64,000 bases of DNA from positions 2,466 to 66,465 of the forward strand of contig CACGNZ010000005.1 in assembly GCA_902574475.1 (NCBI GenBank). Direction: 5' to 3'. A model generated the notes under the pieces. It was not told the DNA's origin, did no database searches, and saw nothing but the letters and a program-made list of their open reading frames with translations. The stretch comes from an uncultured Alphaproteobacteria bacterium. GTDB lineage: Bacteria > Pseudomonadota > Alphaproteobacteria > HIMB59 > GCA-002718135. Below, in pieces: positions 62,680 to 64,000 of this stretch (its first letter is position 1; each line of letters starts with the position of its first letter). The translations under genes were made by a program, and so were the position numbers.

Positions 62680-63971
62680 ATCTAACAACATCATATGTAG
62701 GCATTTTAAGCCTTATTGTTTTTGTTCTAGCATATGCTGTCGTAATGGCTGAAGAATTTAGTCATCTAAGAAAATCCAAACCAGTTATTATTTCAGCTGC
62801 TGTAATATGGGGGATTATAGCCTTCCACTTTTCTTCTGATAAGCAATATGCCAAAGAAATTGAGTATGCGTTAGAACATAATATCTTAGAGTTTGCAGAA
62901 CTGTTCCTATTTCTTCTTGTAGCTATGACTTACATCAATGCACTTGAAGAAAGAAAAGTTTTTGATGTAGTCAGGTACCAATTAACCTCAAGGGGTTTTA
63001 GCTTTAGACAATTATTTATATTCACAGGTATAATTACTTTTTTCTTATCTCCTATTGCTGATAATTTAACAACGGCTCTAGTAATGTGTTCTGTAGTCAT
63101 GGCTTGTGGTAAAGGTAATACAAAATTTATATCAATCGGTTGTATTAACATAGTAGTCGCAGCAAATGCAGGTGGAGCATTTAGTCCCTTTGGCGATATT
63201 ACAACTTTAATGGTATGGCAAGCTGGTATAGTTGAATTTTTTACTTTCTTTAAAATATTTTTCCCATCTGTAGTTAATTATTTAATACCCGCAGCGGTTA
63301 TGTATTTTTTTATACCAAAAGATAAACCGCAAATTAGTTCTGAAAGAGAATACATGAAAAGGGGTGGAAGAGTTATAATTTTCTTAGGGCTGTTTACAAT
63401 ATTTAGTGCTGTAAACTTCCATAATATTCTTCATCTACCTCCAATGCTTGGTATGATGTTTGGATTAGGTGTGCTCGGATTATATTCATTTTATTTACAA
63501 ATTACACATGACCCATCTGTGGAAGATCAAAAATTTGATTTCTTTAGAAAAGTTTCAAGAGCAGAATGGGATACTTTGTTATTCTTCTTTGGAGTTATTC
63601 TAAGTGTAGGTGGTCTAGGATTTATTGGATATCTAACAGTTGTTTCTGAATTCTTATACATTGGTCTTGGTCCAACAATGGCTAATGCGATTGTAGGTGT
63701 TCTTTCTGCAATCGTAGACAATATACCTGTGATGTTTGCAGTTATTACGATGAGACCAGAAATGTCTATTGATCAATGGTTACTTGTAACCTTAACCACT
63801 GGGGTAGGCGGTAGTTTATTATCTATTGGATCAGCAGCTGGAGTAGCGCTTATGGGACAAGCGAGAGGATACTATACTTTTTTTGGACATTTAAAATGGA
63901 CTCCAGTTATATTTGTTGGTTACGTTGCCAGTATTTATCTTCATGTGTTAATGGCAGACTTACCTTGGTAA
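62670..63971 (+). CDS. nhaD: Na+/H+ antiporter NhaD
   Basis: ADNLTTAL, ANAGGAFSPFGDITT, SAIVDNIP, GGSLLSIGSAAGV. Confidence 0.9.
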   Translation: MEIDLTTSYVGILSLIVFVLAYAVVMAEEFSHLRKSKPVIISAAVIWGIIAFHFSSDKQYAKEIEYALEHNILEFAELFLFLLVAMTYINALEERKVFDVVRYQLTSRGFSFRQLFIFTGIITFFLSPIADNLTTALVMCSVVMACGKGNTKFISIGCINIVVAANAGGAFSPFGDITTLMVWQAGIVEFFTFFKIFFPSVVNYLIPAAVMYFFIPKDKPQISSEREYMKRGGRVIIFLGLFTIFSAVNFHNILHLPPMLGMMFGLGVLGLYSFYLQITHDPSVEDQKFDFFRKVSRAEWDTLLFFFGVILSVGGLGFIGYLTVVSEFLYIGLGPTMANAIVGVLSAIVDNIPVMFAVITMRPEMSIDQWLLVTLTTGVGGSLLSIGSAAGVALMGQARGYYTFFGHLKWTPVIFVGYVASIYLHVLMADLPW

Positions 63972-64000
63972 TTTAAATTATCAATAAATAAAAAAATAAT

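Noticed and set aside
4564-63721. Short alternative-frame and antisense ORFs in the track (e.g. 4564, 5804, 9152, 13691, 34927, 37184, 41558, 48767, 62307)
   Set aside because: They lie within well-supported genes and show no recognisable motifs; they are shadow ORFs.

Overview
AT-rich, extremely compact window from a streamlined marine alphaproteobacterium (Pelagibacterales/HIMB59-like, inferred from gene content, synteny and low GC). It is mostly core genes: ntrX-trkA-dat, topA-plsY-pyrB-ruvX, gatCAB, dapA-smpB-rpoZ-spoT-acpS-lepB-rnc-era-recO-parC, rpiB-glyA-nrdR-rib-nusB-thiL, hppA, rpmF-plsX-ihfA, rplM-rpsI-argC-hom-recJ and two tRNAs. Accessory elements are a blue-type proteorhodopsin, a TRAP system, a desaturase-like/sugar-ABC/2OG-oxygenase cluster, a C1B peptidase and a DUF4956-CotH-VTC triad. 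The most striking observation is at pyrB. The aspartate carbamoyltransferase carries an in-frame N-terminal domain resembling a tyrosine-integrase arm-DNA-binding domain, and three helically phased ATGTGT(A/C)A direct repeats abut its start codon. This suggests a domesticated integrase module that could make PyrB a DNA-binding, autoregulatory enzyme. Both topA and parC are split by one extra A in a homopolymer, probably a sequencing artefact. All calls come from motif recognition; no database searches were run.
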